Notes: generated by a model not told the origin, from the sequence alone. Positions 28,226 to 42,103 are shown, counted from the stretch's first letter. The stretch: DNA of 64,000 nt from Bdellovibrionota bacterium (GCA_044356455.1 JBIKWF010000008.1:15304-79303), one strand, 5' to 3'. Numbers and translations: made by a program.

Positions 28226-29808
28226 TGAGAGTCACTCTCCTCTGCATAAGCCAGAATCCACCCATAATCAGTGCCTGAGGGAGCAAAGGCGGGGTGAAAC
28301 TTAACGAGATATTCAAAGCGCCGATCGATGTAGGATAGCTTGGTGCGTGCGGTGCCATCCAAGCCAAGAACTACCTTCCTCAGCTCACGCTCGGAACAAC
28401 TGCGATAGGCTCCCGCTTCTTCATCGTAGTATGAGTCCGATTCAACAACTGTCGCCTGTACGCCTGTATAGCTATCGAGCGGACTAGATGCCGTAATCGC
28501 TACTTCAATATTGTTAATGCCTTTAGTAGTGAGACTTGCATCAATAGATGGACAGAAGTCGCGGTAGGTGCCCCACGCAGAGGAGGGCAGGGGCCTAGCA
28601 ATCACGAGTTGGCTAAGTCTTCCATCCCCTCGGATATCAGCAGAGAAGAGCAGCTCATCTCTGTCGTTGAATGAGGCAATAGTAAGGTATGACCCATTCA
28701 AGCTAGCGCTGGTCAGCGTTGAGTTTTGCATTAATCTGTTATGCGGCGCGAGGCACGTCAGCCCTATTCCATGGCGCTCTTTGGGGTTCTCAAGAAAGGC
28801 ACTGTTTCGGTATCCCGCGATGAGCCCTGAGCGCGAGAGTGCACCGGAGGAACTGTAGTCGCTTCTTCCAGTAAAGTCGTTTCCTCCCTCATAGGAAGCA
28901 ACGCGTCCCCGAAAAAGGGTGGTGCCAAGCATAGTTTCGCCCCGCCCGTTGATCTCGACCACCGCGTTATGAAAGCAGGAGGCTAGTTGGTCGTCGGAGT
29001 TTCCAAGACAGCGTAAAGAATCCTGATAATAGGCGCGCTTGAAGCAGACTTGCTTTCCTTCTTGCGAGAACCTGCACGTTTTAAAGGGCCCAATGAGCTC
29101 CTCAGCGGCATAATAGTTCTGGCACAGGACTGGATTCTCTGAGGAGATTGGCGGCGGTGTCTTTGAGCTGTTCTGACGGAACACCACCATGTCCCCTTTG
29201 TTGTTAAGGCTCAAACCCACCGAAAGAAGATTTTCAGGTAGGTTCTGCACGTGCCTGCTCCCTTGGGCTCTGCTCCAGGTAAAGGCTCGAGGAGCGAGAT
29301 AATTCCTGGTGGTTACGACTGGATTCCCGTCACTATCTAGGTCCGGGGTATCGTCATAGTCCCTGTCCTCTGAGCATTGGTAAGACGCAAGAGATCCAGA
29401 GAATCCTAAAACTCGGCCCGAGTCGTTAATATCGAGAGCTTCGCTCAGCGTATCTGAAGGTGAGGCGAAGGGAAGAGTTTCGGTGCCTCTACTAGGGCTC
29501 CAGAGAGCCGCGACACGTGCGCCGCTCACCATTTTATACCCAGCAACCTGCCCTTTCTTATTGATGGCAAACGCATCCCTCATCCCGGCATCGCAAAGCC
29601 GCGTCGACGAGCCAGAATCCCGGTGGTATGCCACCGGACAGGGAGGAGAAGAGTTGAGGTCCCGAAGAAGAACCCAAGAGCCCCCCATGTCTACCGCTTC
29701 TTCATTGTCAGAAACGACGGGGCTTAGTACCTCATATGAGTAGCGCTGAGCGTGCGCGAGGCTTGCCGAGAGAAACAGTGAAACCGCGAATATAGATACA
29801 TATCTCAT
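28210..29808 (-). CDS. secreted HAF-family extracellular repeat protein
   Basis: Signal peptide MRYVSIFAVSLFLSASLAHA. Repeated motifs INKKGQVAGY, INDSGRVLGF and LNNKGDMVVF. Confidence 0.55.
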   Translation of the reverse strand: MRYVSIFAVSLFLSASLAHAQRYSYEVLSPVVSDNEEAVDMGGSWVLLRDLNSSPPCPVAYHRDSGSSTRLCDAGMRDAFAINKKGQVAGYKMVSGARVAALWSPSRGTETLPFASPSDTLSEALDINDSGRVLGFSGSLASYQCSEDRDYDDTPDLDSDGNPVVTTRNYLAPRAFTWSRAQGSRHVQNLPENLLSVGLSLNNKGDMVVFRQNSSKTPPPISSENPVLCQNYYAAEELIGPFKTCRFSQEGKQVCFKRAYYQDSLRCLGNSDDQLASCFHNAVVEINGRGETMLGTTLFRGRVASYEGGNDFTGRSDYSSSGALSRSGLIAGYRNSAFLENPKERHGIGLTCLAPHNRLMQNSTLTSASLNGSYLTIASFNDRDELLFSADIRGDGRLSQLVIARPLPSSAWGTYRDFCPSIDASLTTKGINNIEVAITASSPLDSYTGVQATVVESDSYYDEEAGAYRSCSERELRKVVLGLDGTARTKLSYIDRRFEYLVKFHPAFAPSGTDYGWILAYAEESDSQCTAR

Positions 29809-29924
29809 AGGGATATCCTAAATAGTGTGTAATATGCACACTACCCAAAGAGCCGAGGCTAATCAAGCACAAAAGACACGAATTCGTGCTTGCCATGCTA
29901 ATGTGCTGATGGCACACTATATTT

Positions 29925-30830
29925 ATGGCATCAAAGGAAGAGGTATACGAAGCAGTCGTCGGGTTCTTGGTAAGACCGGTGGCGCGCTTTTGCGTGAGGA
30001 ACTCTATTCCTTTTCGCGTCTTTTTTGAGCATGCCCGCATGGCTTTTGTTCGTGAAGCCAACGCCTTCTTAGAAGGTCAGGGGCAATCGGCAAATGTGAG
30101 CCGAGTTGCGCTGCGCACGGGACTTAGCCGAAGAGAGGTTCAGGCGTGTCTTTCAAATCAAGAAGTTGAAGCTGAACCAAGTCTGCTCCGAAAGATTCTT
30201 GGTAAATGGCAGCTCGATAAGAGATACCGTGCTAAATCCGGCAGGCCTCGGCCGCTTACTGCGCTCGGCAATGATAGCGAGTTTGCTGAAATGGTGCGCT
30301 CGGTAAGTCAGGACCTTAATCCTTACTCAGTCCTTGGAGAACTCGAATCAGCAAAACTTGTGGAACGTAAGGATGCCGTAGTGACTCTTGTGTCGCCGGT
30401 GTACATCCCAGCGGGAGACATTAAGCGCGGCTTTCAGCTAGTGGCCTCTGATGTTGATGACCTCGTGCTCGCTGCGGAAGAGAATATTGAGCATCAAGAG
30501 AATCCGCCCCACCTGCATATTAAGACATCGTACGATAATATTGACGCCCGGGCTCTTCCTGAGATCCGTGAGTGGTGTATTAAGAAGGGACAGGAAATCC
30601 ATGCGGAGGCTCGTGAATTCTTTTCACGCTATGACCTCGACATGAATCCTCAGAGAGCGAAAGGGGGGGAGGCTACGGGGGGAGCGCGCGTAGCGCTTGG
30701 AACTTTCAGCATTGCTCAGCCGCCTGATATCAAAGCAAGCAGTGAGCCTGAAAAGACGGACCCGATTACTGGACTCGAACGTTCAGGCGAGGGAGCGAAG
30801 AAAAAAGCGCATAGGAGTGGGAGGGGGTAG
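29925..30830 (+). CDS. hypothetical protein with a helix-turn-helix-like segment
   Basis: The segment SANVSRVALRTGLSRREVQ looks like an HTH. Otherwise no recognisable family. Confidence 0.4.
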   Translation: MASKEEVYEAVVGFLVRPVARFCVRNSIPFRVFFEHARMAFVREANAFLEGQGQSANVSRVALRTGLSRREVQACLSNQEVEAEPSLLRKILGKWQLDKRYRAKSGRPRPLTALGNDSEFAEMVRSVSQDLNPYSVLGELESAKLVERKDAVVTLVSPVYIPAGDIKRGFQLVASDVDDLVLAAEENIEHQENPPHLHIKTSYDNIDARALPEIREWCIKKGQEIHAEAREFFSRYDLDMNPQRAKGGEATGGARVALGTFSIAQPPDIKASSEPEKTDPITGLERSGEGAKKKAHRSGRG

Positions 30831-31621
30831 TGGACAATTCAGGTAGGCATAGCAATTTTCTCATGAGAGTGAAGCTCTGCTCGCTCCTCTGTGTCCTATC
30901 TATCGCTACCCTCCTTGCGTCTTGTGCGGGAGGAGGGTCGGCAGGTACCGGAGGGGGCAGTGGAGTCGAGCGCACGTTCCGAGGATCGGTAAGAAGCGTC
31001 GGGGCACCAGTGGCGAACGTGCGTGTTTCGCTCGTTGAGACAGGAGCCACTTCGGTAACTGATGCAGAAGGGAAATTCTCTTTACAAGCCAATCTCCCTT
31101 CCGACTCCGCAACGCTAGGACTTATTGCTGCCGAGGGGCAGGCCGAACAATTTGTAGACGTGCCGATTGATAATCCGGATTCAACGGTAATCTCGGTTGA
31201 TATTTCCCTCGATGCTCAAAAGCTTGTTGAGTCCGTTTCTCGATTTTACATGTGGGCGCGCGTCGTTGGAGAATGTGCACGCTACTTTGATAATCAAGAA
31301 ATCATTCGTCAGAAGCGTAAAACGCCGCCAGAGTTGCCGTGCACCATGCGCTTTTTTGTTAATGGAGGGGTAACTCCGCTCGAGAATATCCCCGGCGCGA
31401 TGCAAGTAAGAAGTTGTGACTCAACATTGTGGAGACCACTCGCGACGGGGGCAACGGGCCGGGGGGCGGAAGCAGGGGTAGGCGAGATAGACTTCACCTT
31501 TATCGACAATGAGCGAAACTGCGAGTATCGTATTGTCGCTCCGTTTGATGTTCCGCCTCTTCCGGAGCTTTCGGTATTACTACAAACGCTCACCCTCACT
31601 TCTTCGCAGGCGAAGAAGTAG
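30830..31621 (+). CDS. lipoprotein with carboxypeptidase-regulatory-like (Ig-like) domain
   Basis: Lipobox LLASC and a Gly-rich linker. VRVSLVETGATSVTDAEGKFSL resembles a CarbopepD_reg fold. The start may be the internal MRVKL. Confidence 0.5.
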   Translation: MDNSGRHSNFLMRVKLCSLLCVLSIATLLASCAGGGSAGTGGGSGVERTFRGSVRSVGAPVANVRVSLVETGATSVTDAEGKFSLQANLPSDSATLGLIAAEGQAEQFVDVPIDNPDSTVISVDISLDAQKLVESVSRFYMWARVVGECARYFDNQEIIRQKRKTPPELPCTMRFFVNGGVTPLENIPGAMQVRSCDSTLWRPLATGATGRGAEAGVGEIDFTFIDNERNCEYRIVAPFDVPPLPELSVLLQTLTLTSSQAKK

Positions 31622-31668
31622 GCTTCTTTAGCGAGTTGGGTGAGGCTAACTCTTGGATTTTAACGGCC

Positions 31669-33030
31669 ATGAAATCTTATGACGTGGTAATTGTAGGAGG
31701 GGGATGCTCTGCGGCTCTTCTGCTTCTGCAGTTAGTTGAAGCCCTCCCTAAAGGATCCCACGTTGCCATAATAGACGCGAGTGACATGCCCACAAGAGGC
31801 ATCGCCTATCGCACGAGAAACACTCGGCACCTTCTTAATGTGCCGGCTGCTCGTATGAGTGCCTACCCCCAGAAACCAGAAGACTTCTGTAACTGGCTCA
31901 AAGCATCGGGGAAAACATTCGGAAACTTCGATTTTGTTCCGCGCTGGACTTACGGTGACTATCTAGAGCAGAGACTGGCTGAAGCTACGGCTTCCCAACA
32001 ACCTACTCTCGAGTGGATAAAGGGAACTGCTTCGGGAATCGAGCAAGTGCCTGGTCCACACGAGACTAAATATGTGGTTCAGATCGCAGGTCATGAGCCT
32101 GTAGCGGGGAGAAACTGTATTCTTGCAGTGGGAACTCCCGTTTCCGAGTGGCCTAGTATCTTTAGGTCGGCAGGCATCAAACGCGCAGATCTGCTCCTTG
32201 TTGACCCATGGAAAATGCAGGCTTCTTCTGATGTCCCCAAGGATTCAGAGGTCTGTGTTCTTGGGACGGGCCTCACGGCTGCAGATGCGGTGATAGAGCT
32301 TGTCACTCATTCCCGCCCTCGAAAAATTACTATGCTTTCTCGGCATGGTTTGCTCTCTGAGGTTCATAAACCAGAACTCTACTTACAGCCGGGCCTGAGT
32401 GCTCCCACACTACCCTTGCGACTTCGTCAGGTTTTAAGATGGGTCAGGGAAGGCAGCCGTAGTACTGATTGGCGCCGCGTGGTTGATGCGCTAAGGCCGG
32501 TCACGTCTCAGCTTTGGAAGGGCTTTACTCAGTTTGAAAAACGGCAATTTTTACGGCATCTACGGTCGCATTGGGATGTGGCAAGACATCGGATGGCCCC
32601 TCAGATTCGAGAGGAGCTGGACAAATTACGCTCGGCTGGAATTCTCGAGATAGTTTCCGGAAGAGTTCGCAAAGTAGAGATTCAAGGCGACAAGGTCGCG
32701 CTTTCCTTCCATGATCGCAGCCATTCCTTGCGTGAACTTCATATCGCTCGCGTGGTAAACTGCACCGGCTTTGGTGATATGGCTCCGCCAGGAAGTTTAC
32801 TTGCAAAGCTTGAATCGGGTGGTTTGCTTAAACGTTCGCAAATCGGCTTTGGATTTGAAGTTGATAGCACTCGTTCTCCGGGGTTCTTTTTGATTGGCTC
32901 GCTCAGGCTTGGCGAGTTATGGGAGAGCATCGCAGTGCCTGAACTGAGGCAGCAAGCCCGGCAGATTGCTGAGACAGTAGCGGCTTCATGCGTAACTGAG
33001 TCTTTTGCGCCAGGCGCCTCAGTTCCATAG
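31669..33030 (+). CDS. FAD/NAD(P)-binding oxidoreductase-like protein
   Basis: N-terminal Rossmann motif YDVVIVGGGCSAA. A second GxGxxA-like motif VCVLGTGLTAADAV. Confidence 0.65.
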   Translation: MKSYDVVIVGGGCSAALLLLQLVEALPKGSHVAIIDASDMPTRGIAYRTRNTRHLLNVPAARMSAYPQKPEDFCNWLKASGKTFGNFDFVPRWTYGDYLEQRLAEATASQQPTLEWIKGTASGIEQVPGPHETKYVVQIAGHEPVAGRNCILAVGTPVSEWPSIFRSAGIKRADLLLVDPWKMQASSDVPKDSEVCVLGTGLTAADAVIELVTHSRPRKITMLSRHGLLSEVHKPELYLQPGLSAPTLPLRLRQVLRWVREGSRSTDWRRVVDALRPVTSQLWKGFTQFEKRQFLRHLRSHWDVARHRMAPQIREELDKLRSAGILEIVSGRVRKVEIQGDKVALSFHDRSHSLRELHIARVVNCTGFGDMAPPGSLLAKLESGGLLKRSQIGFGFEVDSTRSPGFFLIGSLRLGELWESIAVPELRQQARQIAETVAASCVTESFAPGASVP

Positions 33031-33033
33031 GTT

Positions 33034-34056
33034 CTAAGAGTTGCCGTCTTCCACTGGTTGATCCACCGGTTTGGCAGAGGAAGCTCCTTGAGAAAGGAAG
33101 TACTCAACTGCGGCGCAGGCCCAGGCGTTAAATCTGTCCTTCTCAGGGCCAAGGGCAATTGAATGCGCCGATCCTCCAAAGCGACAGACTTCAATGGCGC
33201 GGGAAGAGAGAGAGTCTTTGATGATATCAGAGCTGCGTGGCAGAGCGGAACGATCATGCACTCCATGCGCCAGAAAAACGGGGGGAGTAAAGGCCCCGGA
33301 GGCCACAAGCTTACGTGCATCCACCCGTAACTGCTCGATACCAAGAATTGCCCCGCGCGCGATAACAGGTATCCTAGGCCTTAGGTCCCATTCTGTGGTC
33401 CGGTATTGGGGCGGCACAGGTGTCGGCCCAAAACTAAGCTCCTCGAGGACGAATTCATCCAACTCTGGTCCCTTTAGCTTTCTCGCCTTGCGAGCAACAT
33501 TCCACTGGTAGAGGGCCCTTAGAGTGCTAGCTCCTTTGAGATAGGCCCCTTCAGTGATTACCCCGGCAACGGGCCTAAACGAGAAGCGCTGAGCGAGTTG
33601 AAGCGCTACCAAAGCCCCTATTGAGAAACCTCCGAAAATAAGAGGTGTCGTCTCTGGTAGCCCGAAGATCGCTTCCTGCACTGCATTAACTGCCTTGTTC
33701 ATTACGTTATGTGCGGAAAACTGGGCGGGCACCCTCATTTTCTCATCATGTCCCCACAAGCTGGTCAGGGACACATGAAGAGAGCGGTCGTGTAGTAGGG
33801 CGCCCAAATGCCGATAATGATAGGGACCACATTCTCGAAAGCCGCCAATCAGGATTACTGCGGCACGCGCGCGAGAGGGCTCGCATGGAAGTACGAGATC
33901 CGAGATCCACTCTGCTTGAGATAGCCCCCGATTCGAAGATAGGTCCTCTAAGGGCATCGAGAGCACGGGCGCTGCGGAGGAAGCCTCTCTATGAACTCCA
34001 TCTCCACGGGCAGATGGACTTGAAAGAGGGGACGAATGAGGAGACGAACCTGCCAT
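33034..34056 (-). CDS. alpha/beta hydrolase fold protein
   Basis: Nucleophile elbow GFSIG (GxSxG). HG-like segment upstream. Confidence 0.65.
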   Translation of the reverse strand: MAGSSPHSSPLSSPSARGDGVHREASSAAPVLSMPLEDLSSNRGLSQAEWISDLVLPCEPSRARAAVILIGGFRECGPYHYRHLGALLHDRSLHVSLTSLWGHDEKMRVPAQFSAHNVMNKAVNAVQEAIFGLPETTPLIFGGFSIGALVALQLAQRFSFRPVAGVITEGAYLKGASTLRALYQWNVARKARKLKGPELDEFVLEELSFGPTPVPPQYRTTEWDLRPRIPVIARGAILGIEQLRVDARKLVASGAFTPPVFLAHGVHDRSALPRSSDIIKDSLSSRAIEVCRFGGSAHSIALGPEKDRFNAWACAAVEYFLSQGASSAKPVDQPVEDGNS

Positions 34057-34251
34057 AATTCAAACAGCATTGGCGCGGGTAAGAGGCCGGAGAGATTAGC
34101 GCAGGCCTGAGCCTCCATCAATCTATTCCCCTAAGTAGCTGGAAAGATATGAACTAAACCCCGCTCGAACGATGGGTGATGCATGAGAGACTCCTTTTGA
34201 AGTGGATACTCTCGCTCAAGTATGTTGATATCTTTGTCGAAACAAGGACGG

Positions 34252-34509
34252 ATGGGATTTAGAAAGCCGACATTAGCTTCTGTGGTTCTCGCGATGCTTT
34301 GGCTGCTTTGTGCCATCCATTGCACTGTCGATAAGGCATCTGCCCATTGGCACATCGGAGGTCCCGCTGAATCACCGGTTCATCATCATTCACCGATCGG
34401 TCAGGAAACCTCCGAGAATGGATGTCCCCAACATGATAGTTCTCTTGACTCCAAGGGCGAGGAGTGCTGCTCAATCCAGGCCAGACTAATCTCTTTGCAT
34501 GCCTTCTAG
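34252..34509 (+). CDS. small secreted His/Cys-rich protein (possible CzcI/periplasmic metal-binding accessory)
   Basis: Signal peptide, then HWHIGGPAESPVHHHSP...CPQHD...EECCS. Sits upstream of the czc-like operon. Confidence 0.35.
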   Translation: MGFRKPTLASVVLAMLWLLCAIHCTVDKASAHWHIGGPAESPVHHHSPIGQETSENGCPQHDSSLDSKGEECCSIQARLISLHAF

Positions 34510-34839
34510 AGGGAATCCTTACATCCGCGCCTGATGGCTTCAGCCCTGGGGCTTATTTTTTCTCATGCGAAAATTTTTCTTCTGCATGACGAAAGAGGCC
34601 CTAGTCCGCAACCTGAGGCAGCTTTACGTCAATTCACTTTTCTTTCCGAACATCTTCGTGCCGCTTGCGCTCCTAATGCCCCGCCTTCAAACGTTTAGTC
34701 GCTGGGGCAGACGTCATCGCAGGTCCCTTGGAGTGAGTCCGGTAGAAATATAGCTTGCCGTTTCGGACCGACTTCTCGACTCCCAATTTCATGTTCGTAG
34801 TGCTCAATTTCATCGCACCGTTCATCGGAGCATGCTGTT

Positions 34840-36069
34840 ATGAACCAGTTTAAAAAAAGAATTGCATGTCTGCTTCTCGCGGGAGTAGGGCTATTTTCAC
34901 CTTTGCTCGTAGTGGCAGAGAGTCAAACAACCACCTTGGAGGAGCTACTTGCCCGAGCCTTGGACGAAAGTCCGCTCGTCAAGAGGATTGCAGCTCACAC
35001 GACTCAAAGTCGGGCTCTCGGCATTGAAACTTCCACTCTTGAAAACCCAACGCTCGATTCTGAGATCCGATTCCCTACCTCTCGAGGGGATTCAAAGGGG
35101 CAAAATGAAATAGCACTCGCCTTGTCTCAGCCCATGCGAGTCAGTGACTTTGGCACGCGAGCCCGCATTAACGAGCTTATCCAAAGCGCAGCTTCGCAGG
35201 ATGAAAGAGCCGAGCTACTCGCATTTTCGCAGCGATTTCGTCTTGCCTACGTAAAGTCGTGGTCTCTTTCGCAAAGAGCAGATGAGATGCAGGGCTCTCT
35301 TGCGAGAATCTCAAAGATCGAAAAGCACGTAAATGCTGCCGCTCAGGGTGGCTTCATTCTACCAAGCGAAAGGGCACTTTTTAAAGCAGAAGCATTGAAG
35401 GCGCGCTATCAGCTAAGGGCCCTGAGTGCCGACCTAATCCGAGCGCGAGCTGAGCTTGCAAAACTCGCAGGCTTCGCAGTGGGAGAAAAGTTGACGCCTC
35501 CAACCTTTGCCGTTCTCCCTAGTGAGGCAGAGTTGCTTGAAAGAGAGGAGCGCCTCCCCGCACAAACCCGCGCTAAACTGGCATTGCAGCTAGCCACTGA
35601 GCAGATGAAGCGAGCCGAGCTCGATGCCTACCCATAATTCGCTCCACGAATCGTATACGAGCGCAATAACGATGCTTCCGAGTACGTGGGCTTTGGAATC
35701 TCATTTGATCTTCCCGTCTTCAATCGAAATCAGTCGGAAAGGAGCGTGCATACGTCCGAAGTGGTAGCAGCTCGAAGTCTAGATAACTACTTCTCGGGCG
35801 AAGCCTTTGTGAGCGAGGTCAAAGCGCTTCGCTCTCATATAGAGGTTTCTATGCAGCTGCTCTCCGGGTACCAAAAAGAAATTGTCCCCGCTTTGCGCGA
35901 AGCAGTAGCAGAAGAAGAACGCCTTTTCTCTGAGGGACAAGGAAACTTTTTCCGCATGTGGCAAAGCCTCCGTGAGCTCACGGAGGCACAGAATGAAGTG
36001 GCGGAGAGGATGGTGAGAACTTCCGCTGACCGCGCTGAACTTTCTTTGCTGATAGGGGCAGACCTTTAA
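34840..36069 (+). pseudogene. czcC: TolC/CzcC-family outer-membrane efflux protein interrupted by one in-frame TAA (35635-35637)
   Basis: ORFs 34840-35637 and 35686-36069 are in the same frame. Translating through the TAA gives continuous OMF sequence ...LDAYP*FAPRIVYERNNDASEYVGFGISFDLPVFNRNQ... Confidence 0.65.
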
Positions 36070-36080
36070 GGACAATAGCT

Positions 36081-37340
36081 ATGAAAAAGTCATTCTTTCT
36101 TATCATATTTCTTGCGAGCTTTATGACGTGGCTTGAAACTCCGGCCTTTGGGGGAGGCGGGCATGACCATGACCATGACCACGGCCACGGGCATGAGTCT
36201 CATGAAGAAGAGCCGCCGAAGAGACCCCATGGAGGACGGCTACTTGCAAAAGATGATTTTGCTCTCGAGATCACTATCTTTGAGAAGGGTGTGCCGCCGC
36301 AGTATCGTCTATATCCTTACAAAAATGGTGAACCGATTGATGCTTCCGAAGTATCAGTGGGTATCTCGCTTACGAGATTTGGCGGAAAGAAGGATGAATA
36401 TAACCTAACCGCAAAAGCCGAGTATCTTACCTCTGAAAAAGTTGTTGAAGAGCCACACTCCTTTGACGTGAGTGTTACCGCCACATGGAGAGGCAATGCC
36501 TATACGTGGGACTATGAGTCTTACGAAGGACGAACCGAATTGAGCGATGAAGCACTCAAGGTTGCACGCATCACAATTGATACGGCAGGACCGCAACTTA
36601 TCAGTCAAGTAACCAATGTCTATGGCAGGCTGGTTCCGAATCAGGATCGGGTGGCGCATATTCGCCCCCGCTTTTCGGGAGTAGTTCGGGAGATTCGAAA
36701 GGAGTTGGGAGACAAGGTCGAAAAGGGGGAAGTCCTCGCAATTATTGAGAGCAATCAGTCGCTTCAGCCTTATGAGATCCGTAGCCAGATAAGGGGGGAA
36801 ATAATCGCTAGGCACGCGACATTAGGAGAGTTCGTAACAGACGAGAAAGAAGTTTTTGTAGTCGCAGATCTCTCAGAAGTCTGGGCGGACTTTCAAGTGT
36901 ACCGTGATGACTCGGACAACATTGAGCGAGGCCAACCTATCAAGGTTGACTTGGGTGAAGATGCCTCATTCGATGCAAAGGTTACCTATGTGGCCCCGCT
37001 CACTGACGAGGTGACCCAGTCAAAGCTTGTGCGCGCGGTAATCTCGAACCCGAGTGGACGGTTACGTCCAGGCCTATTCATCTCAGGCTCTCTTTCAAGC
37101 AACGAAAAATCTGCGGCGCTCGCAGTAAGGCGTGAGGCTATCCAGAGCTTTCGTGACTGGAGCGTCGTGTATCTCACCGATGGGAAGGTGTTTCAAGCCA
37201 TGCCAGTAGAGCTTGGTCGGAAGGACTCTTCCTATGTCGAAGTTCTCTCAGGGCTCGAGGCGGGAGACCGCTACGTTTCGCATAATAGTTTCATTATCAA
37301 AGCTGATATCGAGAAGTCAGGGGCAAGCCACGACCACTAA
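36081..37340 (+). CDS. czcB: RND efflux periplasmic adaptor (membrane fusion protein) with His-rich N-terminus
   Basis: GGGGHDHDHDHGHGHESHEEEP metal-binding tail. HlyD-like beta-barrel and lipoyl motifs. Confidence 0.85.
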   Translation: MKKSFFLIIFLASFMTWLETPAFGGGGHDHDHDHGHGHESHEEEPPKRPHGGRLLAKDDFALEITIFEKGVPPQYRLYPYKNGEPIDASEVSVGISLTRFGGKKDEYNLTAKAEYLTSEKVVEEPHSFDVSVTATWRGNAYTWDYESYEGRTELSDEALKVARITIDTAGPQLISQVTNVYGRLVPNQDRVAHIRPRFSGVVREIRKELGDKVEKGEVLAIIESNQSLQPYEIRSQIRGEIIARHATLGEFVTDEKEVFVVADLSEVWADFQVYRDDSDNIERGQPIKVDLGEDASFDAKVTYVAPLTDEVTQSKLVRAVISNPSGRLRPGLFISGSLSSNEKSAALAVRREAIQSFRDWSVVYLTDGKVFQAMPVELGRKDSSYVEVLSGLEAGDRYVSHNSFIIKADIEKSGASHDH

Positions 37341-37355
37341 CTAGAAGCGAAATAG

Positions 37356-40896
<3,541 letters not shown>

Positions 40897-40898
40897 AG

Positions 40899-41240
40899 CT
40901 AGTCTCCGAAGGCAATGGTACTGCGGCGAGTATAGAGTCCAAACAGAATAGAGAAATATTCAACATCCAGGTGATTGATGGTCTTAATTCCACCATTCTC
41001 CGCAGCGGCGCGTGTGCCAGAATCGCCCCACGCTACAAGCCAGGCTACAGAGTACGAGCTCGACTTGCCTTCCTTAGTGCCAAGTACTGTCTGGGAGACG
41101 TCGGTATCAAGCGTATCGCGAATATTGAGGTAGGCGCAGCCTGGAGCAAGCGTAGCAACAAGCGCAATCAGCGAGAGGCGTTTAAAAAGTTTCATCGAGA
41201 GAAGCTCCTTAATGAGCAAGTGCATTAGACGTGCCGGCAC
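40899..41240 (-). CDS. TRL-like family lipoprotein (tandem paralog)
   Basis: Lipobox LAPGC. The C-terminus GDSGTRAAAENGGIKTINHLDVEYFSILFGLYTRRSTIAFGD matches. The start is probably the internal MKLFKR. Confidence 0.5.
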   Translation of the reverse strand: MPARLMHLLIKELLSMKLFKRLSLIALVATLAPGCAYLNIRDTLDTDVSQTVLGTKEGKSSSYSVAWLVAWGDSGTRAAAENGGIKTINHLDVEYFSILFGLYTRRSTIAFGD

Positions 41241-41371
41241 TTAGCCGTGCTGGCCTGCCAAGTAGCCTAATTCAGTACGCAGGTTCACGATAGAGAATAG
41301 TTGCCTGCGATCTTTCGCGGTCCTGGGGAGCGCTGCCCCTGGGGGAAAGGAGAAGAAGACTTTAAGGTTCT

Positions 41372-42103
41372 TCAGAGGTCGGGAAGTAGCCAATCAATTG
41401 GCTTCTCGCCATGTTCAAGTAAGTACTGATTCGCCCTAGAGAAATGTTTGCATCCAAAAAATCCGCTGTGCGCCGAGAAAGGAGAGGGGTGGGCGGCCGA
41501 GACAACGAGGTGTTTCTTGTTATCAATGAAACTGCCCTTCTTTTGGGCATAGGCGCCCCAAAGCATGAAAACAAGATGCTCCTTTCTTTCATTGAGCTCG
41601 CGTATTACGCGGTCGGTAAAAGTCTCCCAGCCCTTATTTGCATGCGACCCAGGGTTCCCCGCTTCCACGGTGAGGACAGAATTGAGCAGGAGGACTCCTT
41701 GCCGTGCCCAGGACTCTAGGCAGCCATGCTTAGGAATGGGGAGAGACAGATCTGCGTTAAGTTCTTTAAAAATATTAACCAAAGAGGGAGGAGGTTTCAC
41801 GCCTTTCTGCACTGAAAAACAAAGCCCGTGAGCTTGTCCAGGTCCATGGTATGGGTCTTGTCCAAGAAGCACGACTCGAGCTTCAGAGAAGGGAGTAAAA
41901 CTCAAAGCATTAAAGATGTCTGAGTTCTTAGGATACACAGTCTTGCCGCTCGCGCGAGCATCTTCAACCATTGCGAGCAATTGCAGGAAATAAGGTTTCT
42001 CGCGTTCCCCCGCAAGCACTTCCTTCCAGCTTACGCTTGCTGCGCTGCGCTCTGGGATGTGGGGCGCCGGTTCATGTAGTGCGGTTTCTTCTTGCATCGG
42101 CAT
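41372..42103 (-). CDS. ung: uracil-DNA glycosylase (family 1)
   Basis: Motifs GQDPYHGPGQAHGLCFSV and ...HPSPFSA. Confidence 0.9.
   Translation of the reverse strand: MPMQEETALHEPAPHIPERSAASVSWKEVLAGEREKPYFLQLLAMVEDARASGKTVYPKNSDIFNALSFTPFSEARVVLLGQDPYHGPGQAHGLCFSVQKGVKPPPSLVNIFKELNADLSLPIPKHGCLESWARQGVLLLNSVLTVEAGNPGSHANKGWETFTDRVIRELNERKEHLVFMLWGAYAQKKGSFIDNKKHLVVSAAHPSPFSAHSGFFGCKHFSRANQYLLEHGEKPIDWLLPDL

Noticed and set aside
34840-36069. Treating 34840-35637 and 35686-36069 as two separate genes
   Set aside because: Same reading frame. The sequence across the single TAA is contiguous TolC-family sequence, and the second piece has no RBS or start context of its own.
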